Below, in pieces: positions 13,721 to 27,430 of a stretch of 64,000 nt of DNA (positions are counted from its first letter, which is position 1; the number at the start of each line of letters is the position of its first letter). The translations under genes and the position numbers were made by a program. Source of the stretch: the human T2T-CHM13v2.0 reference genome, Homo sapiens. The notes beneath the pieces were generated by a model, which ran no database searches, was not told where the DNA came from, and worked only from the letters and a program-made list of their open reading frames with translations. The stretch lies in NCBI RefSeq assembly GCF_009914755.1, contig NC_060927.1. One strand, written 5' to 3'.

Positions 13721-13921
13721 TCAGGGGATCCCCAATTTGGGATACTCACTACAAACACTTCGGAGCTCAAGAAAAAAAAAAAAAAAAACCTTTATGTTTG
13801 GGACCTACTCCAGGGATTCTGAATTCACTGGGCTGGAATAAGATGTATGCATGGATATTTTCAGTATTTTTTTAAAGTTCCCCTGCTAATTCTAATGTGG
13901 AGTCCAGGTTAGGAACCACTG
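13721..13921. mobile_element. MER5-family hAT MITE
   Basis: GGGATTCTGAATTCACTGG..AATTCTAATGTGGAGTCCAGGTTAGGAACCACTG. Confidence 0.7.
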
Positions 13922-13925
13922 TTCT

Positions 13926-14230
13926 GGCCAGGTGCAGTGGCTCACACCAGTAATCCCGCACTTTGGGAGGCCCAGGTGTGTGGATCACGAGGTCAAGAGA
14001 TTGAGACCATCCTGGCCAACATGGTGAAACCCCGTCTATACTAAAAATACCAAAATTAGTTGGGCGTGGCAGCACACACCTGTAGTCCCAGCTACTCAGG
14101 AGGCTGAGGCAGGAGAATCACTTGAACCCAGGAGGCAGAGGTTTCAGTGAGCCGAGATCGCACAATTGCACTCCAGCCTGGCAACAGAGCAAGACTCCAT
14201 CTCAAAACAAAAAACAAAAAACAAAAAAAA
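13926..14230 (+). mobile_element. AluSc
   Basis: GGATCACGAGGTCAAGAGATTGAGACCATCCTGGCC and CCTGGCAAC diagnostics; A-rich tail; flanking CCACTGTT repeat. Confidence 0.93.
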
Positions 14231-15189
14231 CCCACTGTTGTAAGTAGTTCAAGCCATGAAGACTGTGTGTGGGAAAAAGAGGATGAAAATACCACAAGGT
14301 ATCCTGTGAAGGCAAAAAATAAATAACCCTTAACCAAATCACCTCTTGCCCTGGGGCCAAAATCTTATAGCTGCCATCAAATAACATGGGTTGCAAATCT
14401 GGTTTTCAAATCCAGTTGCTCTAGGTTTAGGAGCGGAGAGGCTTCTTTTACATGTCTTGTCTGAATAAAAGTCACATACATATACTCTACTAGTTCAGTT
14501 TAGAAAAATTAATTCCAGTCATTGTGTACCCTTTGCCTTATGGCCTACAGCATATTAAATGTTATTTCTAAATCCTACTACAGTTTTATAGAAATAGTAA
14601 TATCTAGCCTTCTCTTTACTAGGGACAAAGAACAATCTTGGTTATATTCGCACCTGAGTTGGAAAAAACAACTTTCAGTGCCATTTATTAAACTTCAAGA
14701 GTGTAATCTGATTATTAAAGTTCCATAGTGTAGAATAATATTTCAGAGTATAAAGGACTCACAGACACTTTTCCTGGCTAATTCCACAATCAATAGGACA
14801 AAATTTTCCCTTTTCTTCTTGCTGAGTCTCTTAATCTTTAAATGATACAGAGGAGAGAGTGTTCTAACTTCCTGTAATTACATTTTCTTGTTAAACTTTA
14901 TCCTTAGTCCTGATTCTCAATTTGGTTTCTATAATCACTGGTTTTTATTCTATAAAACTTTGTTTTGTAATTAGCAAGATAGAGATCAATGTAACACAAA
15001 ATATGTGCTAACACAGAACCAGGTTTTGCTCTTCCATGCATGAACGCCAAGTGTAGAGAAGATAACCTGCAAAAACAGTTCAAGGGAAACTTGATCTCAT
15101 CCCAGAAATAACAGCCTCCTCTTTCATGGGAGGCAGCAATCTTAAAATGTTGCATTTCAACACTGTACCTCCCCTTCTTGCCAGGAATT

Positions 15190-15339
15190 ATAACATAGTA
15201 ACATCTCTGAAATGGTGATATGTCTTATAATTGTCATCGTTTAATTGGCAGGTTTTTTCCTTTCATAATGGTAAATAAAATAATGGTAAATAAAATAAGA
15301 CCTTAAAACTGACAGTGTCTTAGTTTTGATGAAATATGG
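15190..15339. mobile_element. TcMar-Tc2 MITE (MER104/Kanga-like)
   Basis: Terminal GTCTTAGTTTTGATGAAATATGG resembles the CCGTATTTCATCGA..CTAAGAC TIR. Confidence 0.5.
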
Positions 15340-15672
15340 CAATCCACACTCACCCAGCTAAAGAAAGCATGGAATAAATTTCAAATTAAAATGCAGATAT
15401 GTGAAAGGCAAAAAGAAAAAATTGAATTTCCTGTCTAATGTAGCCCCTTTTGGACCCTATCAGGAGCAAACAGCAATAACCAAAGCTTGGAGTGCTATAT
15501 GCAGGTCACTACATATGCCTTCTCTCACCTATTGCAATTTTGAGAATATTGCCCACATTTAGGATAAGCTCTAAGAGACTATCTTAACAGTATAGGTGTT
15601 TTTTTGTTTTGTTTTGTTTTGTTTTTTAAGATGGCTGACTAGAGGCATTGTAAGCATGCCTCATCCACTTAG

Positions 15673-16051
<379 letters not shown>

Positions 16052-17167
16052 TGATAGGAAACACTAAAATCTAGGAAGGAGAAGGAAAATGTGCAGCTTC
16101 TGTGGCTAGGATTGGCCCGGAACTGGTAGTGAATCCCTCAGTACAGGGGAAGGTGAGTGAGTGTCTTCCTACAATTTACCTTCTCACTTGGGAACTGTAC
16201 TATCCAAGCCATAGGAGAAACACTTTGAGTCTTCTAAGCCCTGATTCTGACTTGGGAGCAGCCAGGAGACTGTAGGAAGGAACCCCAAGGAGGGAACACA
16301 CTTTGGGTCTCACACTCTTTCTGGGACCTGAGGAGCTACAATAAAACACCATTCTTGATCCTTGCTTTTAACAGACTATGCTCAGTCCTGGAAACCAGTG
16401 GCACCAGTCCCGGGCATTGGGGAAACTCAGGCTGCTGCTTCCAGAGTGGGGCATGGGGCCTAGGTAGGGGTGTGGGGGAGGCTTTTGCAAACGGGACTGA
16501 GAAGCAAGTGTGCTGTGGGCTGCAGCTGCTGGTGCTACATGTGGACAACTCCTCCACTTGTCCTGAGTAAGACAAGAGTTGCTGCAGAAACTTGGACATG
16601 AGCTGGGAAGAGGGCCCCCATGGCCCAGCGCTGAGTTCCAGGCTAGGCATGAACTACCAGGTCTGACTGAACAGCCAGGATGGGGGAGGGATCCCCCAGC
16701 TGCAACAGCCAGGATGGGGGAGGGAGCCCCACAAGCACTGGGGCATGAAAAGGACATAAGTCCCCCAGCTGCTGGCCAAGGCTGTGGCTGCTGAGACTGC
16801 TGGGACTGGCCACCCCCACCACATGGTAAGACCTCACTGTAGTGGTGGTTGCCCCTCACCCAAGCATTTCTCCAGGGCCCAAGGATCAACCCACCTCACC
16901 CCCAACTCCTCATCACAGCTAGTCCATGCACTCATCATTGGGGGACCTGTGCACAAGTTTGCCTGGTCTGGCTCTGCTTGGCTTCACCCCACCCTCTGAG
17001 ACAGAGTGCAGGATCCATGGTCCTGGGGGTTCCATAACCCAATCCACCACCTGGGGCACCTAAGCATTTATCCTGGGGGACAGAGGCTGGACACAAACAA
17101 CATATCACTACCACCTCAAGTATCTGCAGGTGCTTGCTTCTACCTGCAAGCACCACCTAGTGGCCTG

Positions 17168-17209
17168 GAAGCCAGCCTGCATGGCCCAGAAGCCAGCCTG
17201 CATGGCCCA
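17168..17209. repeat. Perfect 21-bp tandem duplication in the L1 5'UTR
   Basis: GAAGCCAGCCTGCATGGCCCA x2. Confidence 0.95.
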
Positions 17210-20200
17210 TTGCAACTGCCAACACAAAAGCACAGCACTTGGGAATCAGAAGAGCATCTCACCACTACTGCTACCACCATTGCCCACATCATGTGGCTGC
17301 CCAGGAACCCAAGAGCCTACTCACCCAACCAGTCCACCACTACCACAACCAGCATTGAGAAAGGCACCCAGAGCCCAAAAATCAGCCTGCTTGGAACCAC
17401 CAACACAAGTATCAGAATACACTGCCACAGAACACAAGGATAGACATGCTTAGCCCCACTGAAAGCTAAAGACAGACCAATCTGGCATTCCAGACCCTAG
17501 CACAAGTTCACCACAGCCTCCACCAATAACCGCACCCTAACACACCAAGGAAACCACAGATACCACTGATGCTATTTATAGCCAATGAAATTATAGTAGT
17601 CTTCCCTACTCCATGCACCCAAAAGCAAACCCAACCAACATCATAGTCACATATTCAGGAAAAAGCCCCCCCAGTGAAGGAAAATTCAAAAATAAAGAGA
17701 AGCAAATGCTGTAAAGACATAAGAAACATGAAAAAGCAATATGACATCCTCAAAGGAACACAATAATTCTCCAGCAATAGATCCTAACCAAAAAGCAATC
17801 CTCAAAATGCCAGATAAAGAATTCAAAATATTTATTTTTAAAAGTTCAATGATGCAAGAGAAATATGAAAAGCAATACAAAGAGCTCAAAACTCAATTCA
17901 GGAAATAAGTGAAAAATTTATCAAAGAGATAAATATCTTTTTGAAAAAAACAGACATTCTGGAACTGAAAAAGTCATCAAAGCAAGAACAAAATACAATC
18001 GAAAGTTTCAAAAATAGACTAGGCCAAGCAGAATAGAGAATTTCAGAACATGAAGACAAATATTTTGAAATAATCTAGTCAGGCAAAAAATAAAGAAAAA
18101 AGATTTTTTAAAAAATGAACAAAGCCTTTGAGATACTTGGGACTACAAAAAGCAACTGAATGTATTAATTGTTAGTATCCCTGAGGGTAAAGAGAAATTG
18201 AAAGGCTTAGAAAACCTACTTAACAAAGTAATAAATGAAAACTTCACAATTCTAGGAAGAGATTTAAATATCCAGATATAGGAGTCTCAATGATCCCCAG
18301 AAAATACAATGCAAAAAGTACTTCACCATGGCCTATTGCAATTCAGGCTGTCTAAAGTCAAAGTGACAGTACAAATTCTAAAGTCAGCAAGAGAAAAACA
18401 TTTTATCATCTATAAAGGAAACCCTCTATCTGACTAAAAGCTAATTTCTCAGCAGAAACTTTACAGACCAGGAGAAAATGGGATGATATATTCAAAGCAC
18501 TAAAAGAAAAACACTGTTAGCCAAGGATACTATGTCCAGAAAATTTATCTTTCATAAATAAAGGAAAAATAGTCTTTCCCAGACAAGCAAAAGCTGAGGA
18601 AGTTCATCACCTCTAGAGCAGCCCTCCAATAAATGCTTAAGAAAGTTCTATACTCAGAAGCAAAAGATTAATAGCTACCATCATGAAAACACTCAAAAAT
18701 ATAAAAGGCATTGATAGAGCAAGCAAACAAGGAAGAGGAAATTAGCAAATGTTACCACTGTAGAATACCAACAAACTACAATAGTAAACAATAACAGAGA
18801 AATAAAGGGAAAAAATAATATATATAATTACCAGAAATCAAGTAACAAAATAACAGGAATAAGCCCTGATATATCAGTAATAGCCCTGAATGTAAACAAA
18901 TTAAACTTTCCACTTAAAAAAAAATATAGACTTGCTCAATGGATTTTTTAAAATGACTCAAGTATAGGCTGCCTACAAGAAACTCATCTCATCTGTAAAA
19001 ACATGTACAGACTGAAAGTAAAGGCATGGAAAAAGAAGCTACATGCAAACAGAAACCAAAATTAGGCAGAGTAGTTATATCAGATAAAACAGACTTTAAA
19101 TCAAAAACAGTAAAAAGAGACAAAGAATCTCATTATATATTGATAAAAGGATCTATTCAGTAAGAAGATATAAAAATTCTAAACATATGTACCCAAAACT
19201 GAAGCACCCATATATATAAAGCAAATATTATTAGATTTAAAAGAAAAGACAGGCTCCAATACAACAATAGATAGGAATTTCAACACCCCATTCTCAGCAT
19301 GAGACAGTTCATCTAGACAGAAAATTAACAGAGAAATATTGAATTTAAACTGCACATTAGACCAGAAGGACCTAAAAATCATTTACAGAACATTTCATCC
19401 AGTGGCTGCATAATACACATTTTTCTCATCAGCACATGAAACATTATCCAGGTTAGACCATATGTTAGAACACAAAACAAGTCTCAACAAATTTCAAAAA
19501 ATTGAAATCAGACCACAATGAAATAAAGCTAGATATCAATAGCAAAGCGAACTCTGGAAATGATACAAATACATGAAAATTAAACAACATGCTCCTGAAT
19601 GACTGAATGAAAGAAATAAGGAGTAAATAAAAAAATTCTTGAAACAAACAAAAATCAAAACCCAATATGCCAAAACCTACAGGATACAGCAAAAGAGTGC
19701 TAAAAGGGAAGTTTGTAGCAATAAATGCCTACACCAAAAAAAAAAAAAAAAATAGAAAGACTCCAAATAAAGAAACTATTGATGCATCTCAAGGAACTGG
19801 AAAACAAGAACAAACCAAACCCTTGGTAGAAGGAAAAAAAGAAAAATCAGAGCAGAACTAAACTAAATAGAGACCAAAAATACATATATACACACAAGGG
19901 ATCAGTGAAACAAAAAGTTGGTTTTTTGAAAAGATAAACAAAATCAATAAACTACTTGATATGCTAACCAGGAAAAAATGAGAGAAAACCCAATAAAATC
20001 AGAAATGAGAAAGGAGGCATGATAAATGATACCACAGAAATACAAAAGATCATCAGAGACTATTATGAACAACCATACATTCACCAACTAGAAAACCTAG
20101 AGGAAATTAATAAATTCCTAGAAGCATGCGACCTCCCAAGATTGAACCAGGAAGCAATAGAAGACCTGAACAGTCCAATAATGCACAGAACATTAAATCC

Positions 20201-23200
20201 ATAACAAAAAAATCTCTGAACTAAGAAAAGCCCAGGACCAGATATATTCATAGTAAAATTCTATCAAACATACAAAGAAGAATTAATCTCAATCCTTCTG
20301 AAACTGTTCCAAAAAACTGAGGAGGTGGGAATTCTTTCTAACTCATTCTACAAGGCCAGTATAACCCTGATACCAAAACCAGACAAGCACACAACAGAAC
20401 ACAGAAAACTACAGACCAATATCCCTGATGAACATAGGCACAAAAATTAAAAAAAACTAGCAAATTAAATCCAATGACACATCAGAAAGACAGTATACCA
20501 CACTCAACTGGGTTTTATACCGGGAATACAAAGATGGTTCAACATACACAAATCAATAAATGTGATACATTACATAAACAGAATTAAGGACAAAATCCAT
20601 ATGATCATCTCAATAGATGCAGGAAAAGCATTTCACAAAATCCAGTATCCCTTCATGATAAAAACCCTCAACAAAGTAGTCATAGAAGAAATGTACCTCA
20701 AAATAACAAAGGCCATATACAACAAACCCACAGCCAACATCATACTGAATGAAGAAAAGTTGAAAGCCTTTCCCATAAAAACTGGAACAAGACAAGGATG
20801 CCCACTTTCACCACCCTATTCAACATAGTACCGATAGTACTGGCCAGAGTAATTAGGCAAGAGAAAGAAATAAAAGACACCCACATTGGAAGAGAGGAAC
20901 TCAAATTGTCTCTGTGTAATTTGGAAAACCTAAAAACACCACCAAAACCCTTAGTTTGATAAATGAATCTAGTAAAGTTGCGAGATACAAAAACAATGTC
21001 CAAAAATCAATAGCATTTCTATACACCAATAACAATCTAGCTGAGAATCAAAAGGCAATCACATTTACAATAGCTATAAAAATATAAAATACCGGGGGCG
21101 AGGTTCTGGCTGGTTGTGCCGTTGCGAGCTGCAGCGGTGATCGCCGCGGCAGGCCCAGAAGTGTATCCTGACTCGTAAATTGACGAAGCCACTGGTGCTG
21201 CAAGTGTTCTTTTGGGGTAGTGTCTGGGATCCGGTGCAAGTCGAATCACTGTTCAAATAAGGTGTAATTGAAAAGTGATCCTCTCTTCAGAGCTGTCAAA
21301 AACAAATCCAAGTCTGGATCTCGCTCTCCTCGCTCAGGATCTGCATCAAGATCTCGTTCTCGTTCATGTTGGAAGTCTCGGTCCCTAAGGCCATCTGTCT
21401 CTGGTTCAAGGAAGTGCAGGCTGAGTTCTAGGTCTCGTTCCAGATTATATTCTCCAGCTCATAACAGAGAAAGAAACCACCCAAGAGTATAACCGAATCG
21501 GGATTTCCGAGGTCACAACAAAGGCTATATAGAAGGCCCTATTATTTCCGTGGGCGCAACAGAGGCTTTTATCCATGGGGCCAGTATAACGGAGGAGGCT
21601 ATGGAAACTACCGCTCAAATTGGCAGAATTGCCGGCAAGCACACGGGCCGTTCAAGATCCCGGTCCCCAGCGAGAAGGTCCCCTTCACCAAGGTCCAGGA
21701 GCCATTCTAGAAACTCTGATAAGTCGTCTTCTGACCAGTCAAGGCGCTCCTCATCTTCCCGTTCTTCCTCCAACCATAGCCGAGTTGAATCTTCTAAGCG
21801 CAAGTCTGCAAAGGAGAAAAGTCCTCTTCCGAGGATAGCCGGCCATCTCAGGCTACCGGGGATAACCAGGGAGATGAGGCCAGGGAGCAGACATTCTCTG
21901 GAGGCACCTCTCAAGATACAAAAGCATCTGAGAGCTCGAAGCCATGGCCAGATGCCACCTACGGCACTGGTTCTGCATCAGGGGCCTCAGCAGTTTCTGA
22001 GCTGAGTCCTCGGGAGCAAAGCTCAGCTCTCAAAAGCCCCCTCCAGGCTGTGGTGGTGAGGCAGCGGTCACTCCTTCCTAGCCCCGTGCCAAAACCTAGT
22101 CCTCCACTTTCCAGCACATCCCAGATGAGCTCAACTCTGCCAAGCGGTGCTGAGTATCAGCCTGGGACACACCAAGTTCAGTTCGACCGTGGTTCTTTGG
22201 TCCCTGAGTCCATCCAAAAACAGCCCTGTGGGTAAGAATTTACCATCCATTGGCTCCACATATGTCTCATCTCAGAAGGAGGAGAGTGCTGCTCCAGGAG
22301 GAGCAGCCTGTACAAAGAGGTACCTAGAAGAGCAGAAGACAGAGAATAGAAAAGATAAGGAACGGAAACAAACAAATACAGATAAAGAAAAAATAAAAGA
22401 GAAAAGGGAGCTTCTCTGACACAGACTTGGGTGATGGAAAAATGAAATCTGATTCTTTTGCTCCCAAAACTGATTCTGAGAAGCCTTTTCGGGGCAGTCA
22501 GTCTCTCAAAAGGCATAAGCTCCGAAGTGACTTTGAGAAGAAGATGGCTGACTTCCACAAGGAAGAGATGGATGATCAAGATAAGGACAAAGCTAAGGGA
22601 AGGAAGGAATCTGAGTTTGATGATGATGAACCCAAAATATGTCTAAAGTCATAGGTGCAAACGAAAACCAGGAGGAGGAGAAGTCAGGCAAATGGGAGGG
22701 CCTGGTATATGCACCTCCAGAGAAGGAAAAGCAGAGGAAAACAGAGGAGCTGGAGGAGGAGTCTTTCCCAGAGAGATCCAAAAAGGAGGATCGGGGCAAG
22801 AGAACCAAAGGTGGGCACAAGGGCTTTCTGCCTGAGAGGAATTTCTGAGTGACTGCTCACAAAGCGGTCCGGGAGAAAAGCTCTTTGCCTCCCCCAAGAA
22901 AGACTTCTGAGAGCCGAGACAAGCTGGAAGCGAAAGGAGACTTTTCCACAGGGAAGTCTTCCTTTTCCATTACTCGAGAGACACAGGGCGATGTCTGGAT
23001 GGACTCTTTTGATGAGGACTTTGCACGACCCAATGGCTTATTGGCTCGGGAACGCAAGCTTTGCCAAGATCTAGTCCATAGCAACAAAAAGGAACAGGAG
23101 TTTTGTTCCATTTTCCAGCACATACAGTCAGCTCAGTCTCAGCGTAGCCCCTCAGAACTGTTTGCCCAACATATAGTGACCATTATTCACCATGTTAAAG

Positions 23201-23406
23201 AGCATCACTTTGGGTCCTCAGGAATGACATTACATGAACGCTTTACTAAATACCTAAAGAGACTAACTGAGCAGGCGGCAGCCAAAAACAAGAAAAGCCC
23301 AGAGATACACAGAAGAATAGACGTTTCCCCCAGTACCTGGCTACAACGCTGAGGGAAAATACAAAGATGATCCTGTTGATCTCAGCCTTGATATTGAACG
23401 TCGTAA

Positions 23407-23679
<273 letters not shown>

Positions 23680-25683
23680 AGGAGAGAGATCTTAAATTAG
23701 GTAAATCGAGAGGATCAGTGGATTCCTGAGACTCCAGGCCCTCGAGGAAAAGGTCAGCTGAGAAAACAGAGAAAACTCATAAAGGATCAAAGAAGCAGAA
23801 GAAGCACCAGAGATCGAGAGACAGGTCCAGATCCTCCTCTTCCTCCCAGTCATCTCACTCCTACAAAGCAGAAGAGTACACGGAAGAGACAGAGGAAAGA
23901 GAGGAAAGCACCACGGGCTTTGAGAAATCGAGACTGGGGACCAAAGTCTTGGTGGGTCCAAGTGAAAGAGGAGGTGGCAGAGCTCGAGGAACCTTTCCAT
24001 TTTGAGCCAGAGGAAGAGGCTGGGGCAGAGGCAACTACTCTGGGAACAATAAAAACAACAGCAACGATTTTCAAAAAAGAAACCAGAAAGAGGAGTGGGA
24101 CCCAGAGTACACACCCAAAAGCAAGAAGCATTACTTGCATGATGACCATGAAGGTGAAGGCAGTGACAAGTGGGTGAGCCGGGGCCAGGGGGAGGAGCCT
24201 TTCCTCCGGGTCAGGTCCGGTTCATGTTCCAGAAATCAAGTACCAGACCTAAGCTGGCCCATGACAAATTCAGTGGGGAGGAAGGGCAGATTGAAGACAA
24301 CAAGAGTGGGACAGAGAACTGAGAAGAGGACAATTTATAGCCCACAACCAAGTAGGGGCCACTCTTGATGGGATTCCTTGCCCCGGGGAGAGAGGTGCTG
24401 GGAAGATGGCTGCGAGGAGCTAAACAGAGGAACCTCAAGATGATTCTCAAAATCCTACCCCACCCCTCACCGGCCATGCAGGTTGTACTACCATGGAAGT
24501 CATCCCTGGCACTGCCTCCCACTGGACAGAGGAGGCTGGCTGTGGAGCCCAGGGATCAGGCCCAGCTCTTGAGCAGAACACAACTCATTGGGCTTTAGCT
24601 GTTTTTCTCATTTGTTGCTGGTGTGTGGCATTGGGGCAAGGGTAGGGCGGGACAGCGATGCTTGAATTTTTGTTTCCTATCAGAAACCAACAGTTTTGTT
24701 CTGAATTTCATTTCATTTGGAGCTAAGAAGACTAATTTGATGATTTTCAATCTCTTCTCCCCATCCTGATTTTAAAAGCCCTTCTTTTTTTTTTCTTTTC
24801 TTTTTTTAGGCCTATGTAGTAATATTAGAAACATTTAATTTGGGAAACTTTGATTCTTAAAAGAGAAAACAAAGCATGTGAATAAACTTTGAAGTGTTCA
24901 CCTCAGTTTGGGACCAAATTGCTTGGATCTTTGTAAAAACCAGTTTTGTATGTCAAGGAGGAGTTTAAGGCCTTTCTGACCACCTTGTGTTCCCCTTTTC
25001 TGCACAGCCATGTATCACGTGGGGTTGCTCCTAACCACACCTCACGTGCCCCTGAGCCCTATTTCCTGATTTCTTCTGGGCTGGACTTCCCATTCTCCAC
25101 CAGCAGCTTCGGTATCCCAAACTTTCTAGTCCTGCTGATCCTTCCAGCAATGGGGTGGAAACTGGAGGGCAGTGTCTGGTCTGTTTTCTAAAAAATTTAT
25201 GAATTATATTGTCTTTACAAATATAAGATGAGAAAATAATTTTTTCAATATTTTTATTAATCCTTTTATAAAATGAAAAACTCCTATGATCGATTAAGGA
25301 AGGTGGTTATGGCTGGGTGGTTCATGGAGTTTTTTGGGGTCTTTAGTTAGTTGTTTGTGTTGTTTGTTTGTTTGTTTTGTCTTTTTAACCTTAAGCTGTT
25401 TAAATTGAAGCATTCTCAGATGTTTGCGGGGAAACATCCTCTTAAAATGAGTCCTTGTGCTTGTCTTCAGGGGAGGTGGTCCTGAGCAAGTGAATCATAG
25501 GGCGTTTATGCATATGTTATACGCAGACTGCACCCACCTCTTCTGAGACTTTGCCTCTTGAGTTGTTGTGCTGCTTTCCCCTTACTTTGCTACATTTCTA
25601 TAGTTAAGTTAGTTTTACTTGATGATTCATGTTTAGCGGGAAAATGAAAATCTCCCTTAAAATGTTTTTTAACTCTTCCTGCA

Positions 25684-25689
25684 AATAAA
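25684..25689 (+). promoter_or_regulatory. Poly(A) signal of the retrotransposed THRAP3 mRNA
   Basis: AATAAA about 17 nt upstream of the tail-derived microsatellite and the TSD. Confidence 0.8.
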
Positions 25690-25704
25690 TGAAGTGGCAG
25701 ATGT

Positions 25705-25707
<3 letters not shown>

Positions 25708-25762
<55 letters not shown>

Positions 25763-25788
25763 TATATATATACACACATATATATATA
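25708..25788. repeat. Compound microsatellite (TA)20(CA)7(TA)5(CA)3(TA)5 at the retrocopy poly(A) position
   Basis: Read directly from the sequence. Confidence 0.97.
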
Positions 25789-26721
25789 AAAAAAATACCA
25801 AAATAAATAAATTTAACCGAGGAGGTAAAACATCTCTATGAGGAAAACTATAAAACACTGATGAAAGAAATTGTAGATGACACAAACAAATGGAAAACAT
25901 CCCATGCTCATGGAGTAAAAAAATTAATATTGTTAAAATGACCATACTTCCCAAAGCAATCTATAGATTCAATGCAATTCCTATCAAAATACAAACACCA
26001 TTTTTCACATAATTAGAGAAATAATCCTAAAATTAATATGGAACTAAAAAAGAACCCAAATAGCCAAAGCAATCCAAAGCAAAAAGAACAAAGCTGATGG
26101 CATCACATTACCTGACTTCAAATTATATTACCAGGCTATGGTAACCAAAAAAACATGGTACTGATATAAAAATAGACACATAGGTGGATGGAGCAGAAAG
26201 AGTACCCAGAAATAAAGCCACATATTTACAGCCAATTAATCTTTGACAAAGCTGACAAAAACATACACTGGGGGAAAGGACACCCTTTTCAATAAATGGT
26301 GCTAGGATAATTGGATTGCCATATGTAGAAGAATGAAACTGGATCCCTATCTCTTACTATATACAAAAATTAATCAAAATGAATTAAAGACTTAAATGTA
26401 AGACCTAAAACTATAAAAATACTAGAATAAAACCTAGAGAAAACTCTTTCATACGTTGGTCTAGGCAAATAATTTGTGACTAAAATCTCAAGAACATGGG
26501 AAACAAAAACAAAAGTAGACAAATGGGATTTAATTAAACTAACAAGTTTCTTCATGGGTAAAGAAATAATCAACAAAGCGAAAAGACAACCCACAGAATA
26601 CAAGAAAATATTTGCAAACTATTCATCTAATGGGGGATTAATATCCAGAATATGCAAGGTACTCAAACAACTCAACATCAACAACAAAAACAACAAATAT
26701 TCCCATTAAAAAGTGGCAAAG

Positions 26722-26768
26722 CCTGTCCCCATATACACCTACTATGCACCTGCAAAAATTAAAAATAA
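26722..26768 (+). mobile_element. About 45-bp 3'-terminal fragment of an L1MA1-3-type LINE inside the L1PB4
   Basis: CCCCATATACACCTACTATGCACCTGCAAAAATTAAAAATAA; 16-bp TSD TTAAAAAGTGGC(A/C)AAG at 26706-26721 and 27445-27460. Confidence 0.75.
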
Positions 26769-27062
26769 GGCCAGGTGCAGTAGCTCATTTCTGTAATCCC
26801 AATACTTTGGGAGCCAAGGCAGGCTGATCACTTGAGGTCAGGAGTTCGAGACCAGCCTGGCCAATATGGTGAAACCCTGTCTCTACAGGGTTAGCCAGAC
26901 ATGGTGGTGTGCACCTGTAATCCCAGATACTGGCTGGGGAGGCTGAGGAACCAGGATCACTTGAACTGGGAGGCAAAGGTTGCAGTAAACTGAGATCACA
27001 ATACTGCACTCCAGCCTGGGCGACAGAGCGAGATTCTGTCTCAAAAACATAATAATAATAAT
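26769..27062 (+). mobile_element. AluS (Sx/Sz-like) lacking the central A-rich linker
   Basis: GATCACTTGAGGTCAGGAGTTCGAGACC; CTCTACAGGGTTAGCC in place of CTCTACTAAAAATACAAAAATTAGCC. Confidence 0.9.
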
Positions 27063-27065
27063 TTA

Positions 27066-27430
<365 letters not shown>

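Noticed and set aside
16336-17453. Overlapping 100-173 aa ORFs
   Set aside because: They lie in the GC-rich L1 5'UTR, where stop codons are rare; no recognisable protein.
21061-21120. L1-mRNA template-switch chimera or 3' transduction
   Set aside because: The retrocopy has its own TSD and the L1 continues colinearly after it, so it is an independent later insertion.
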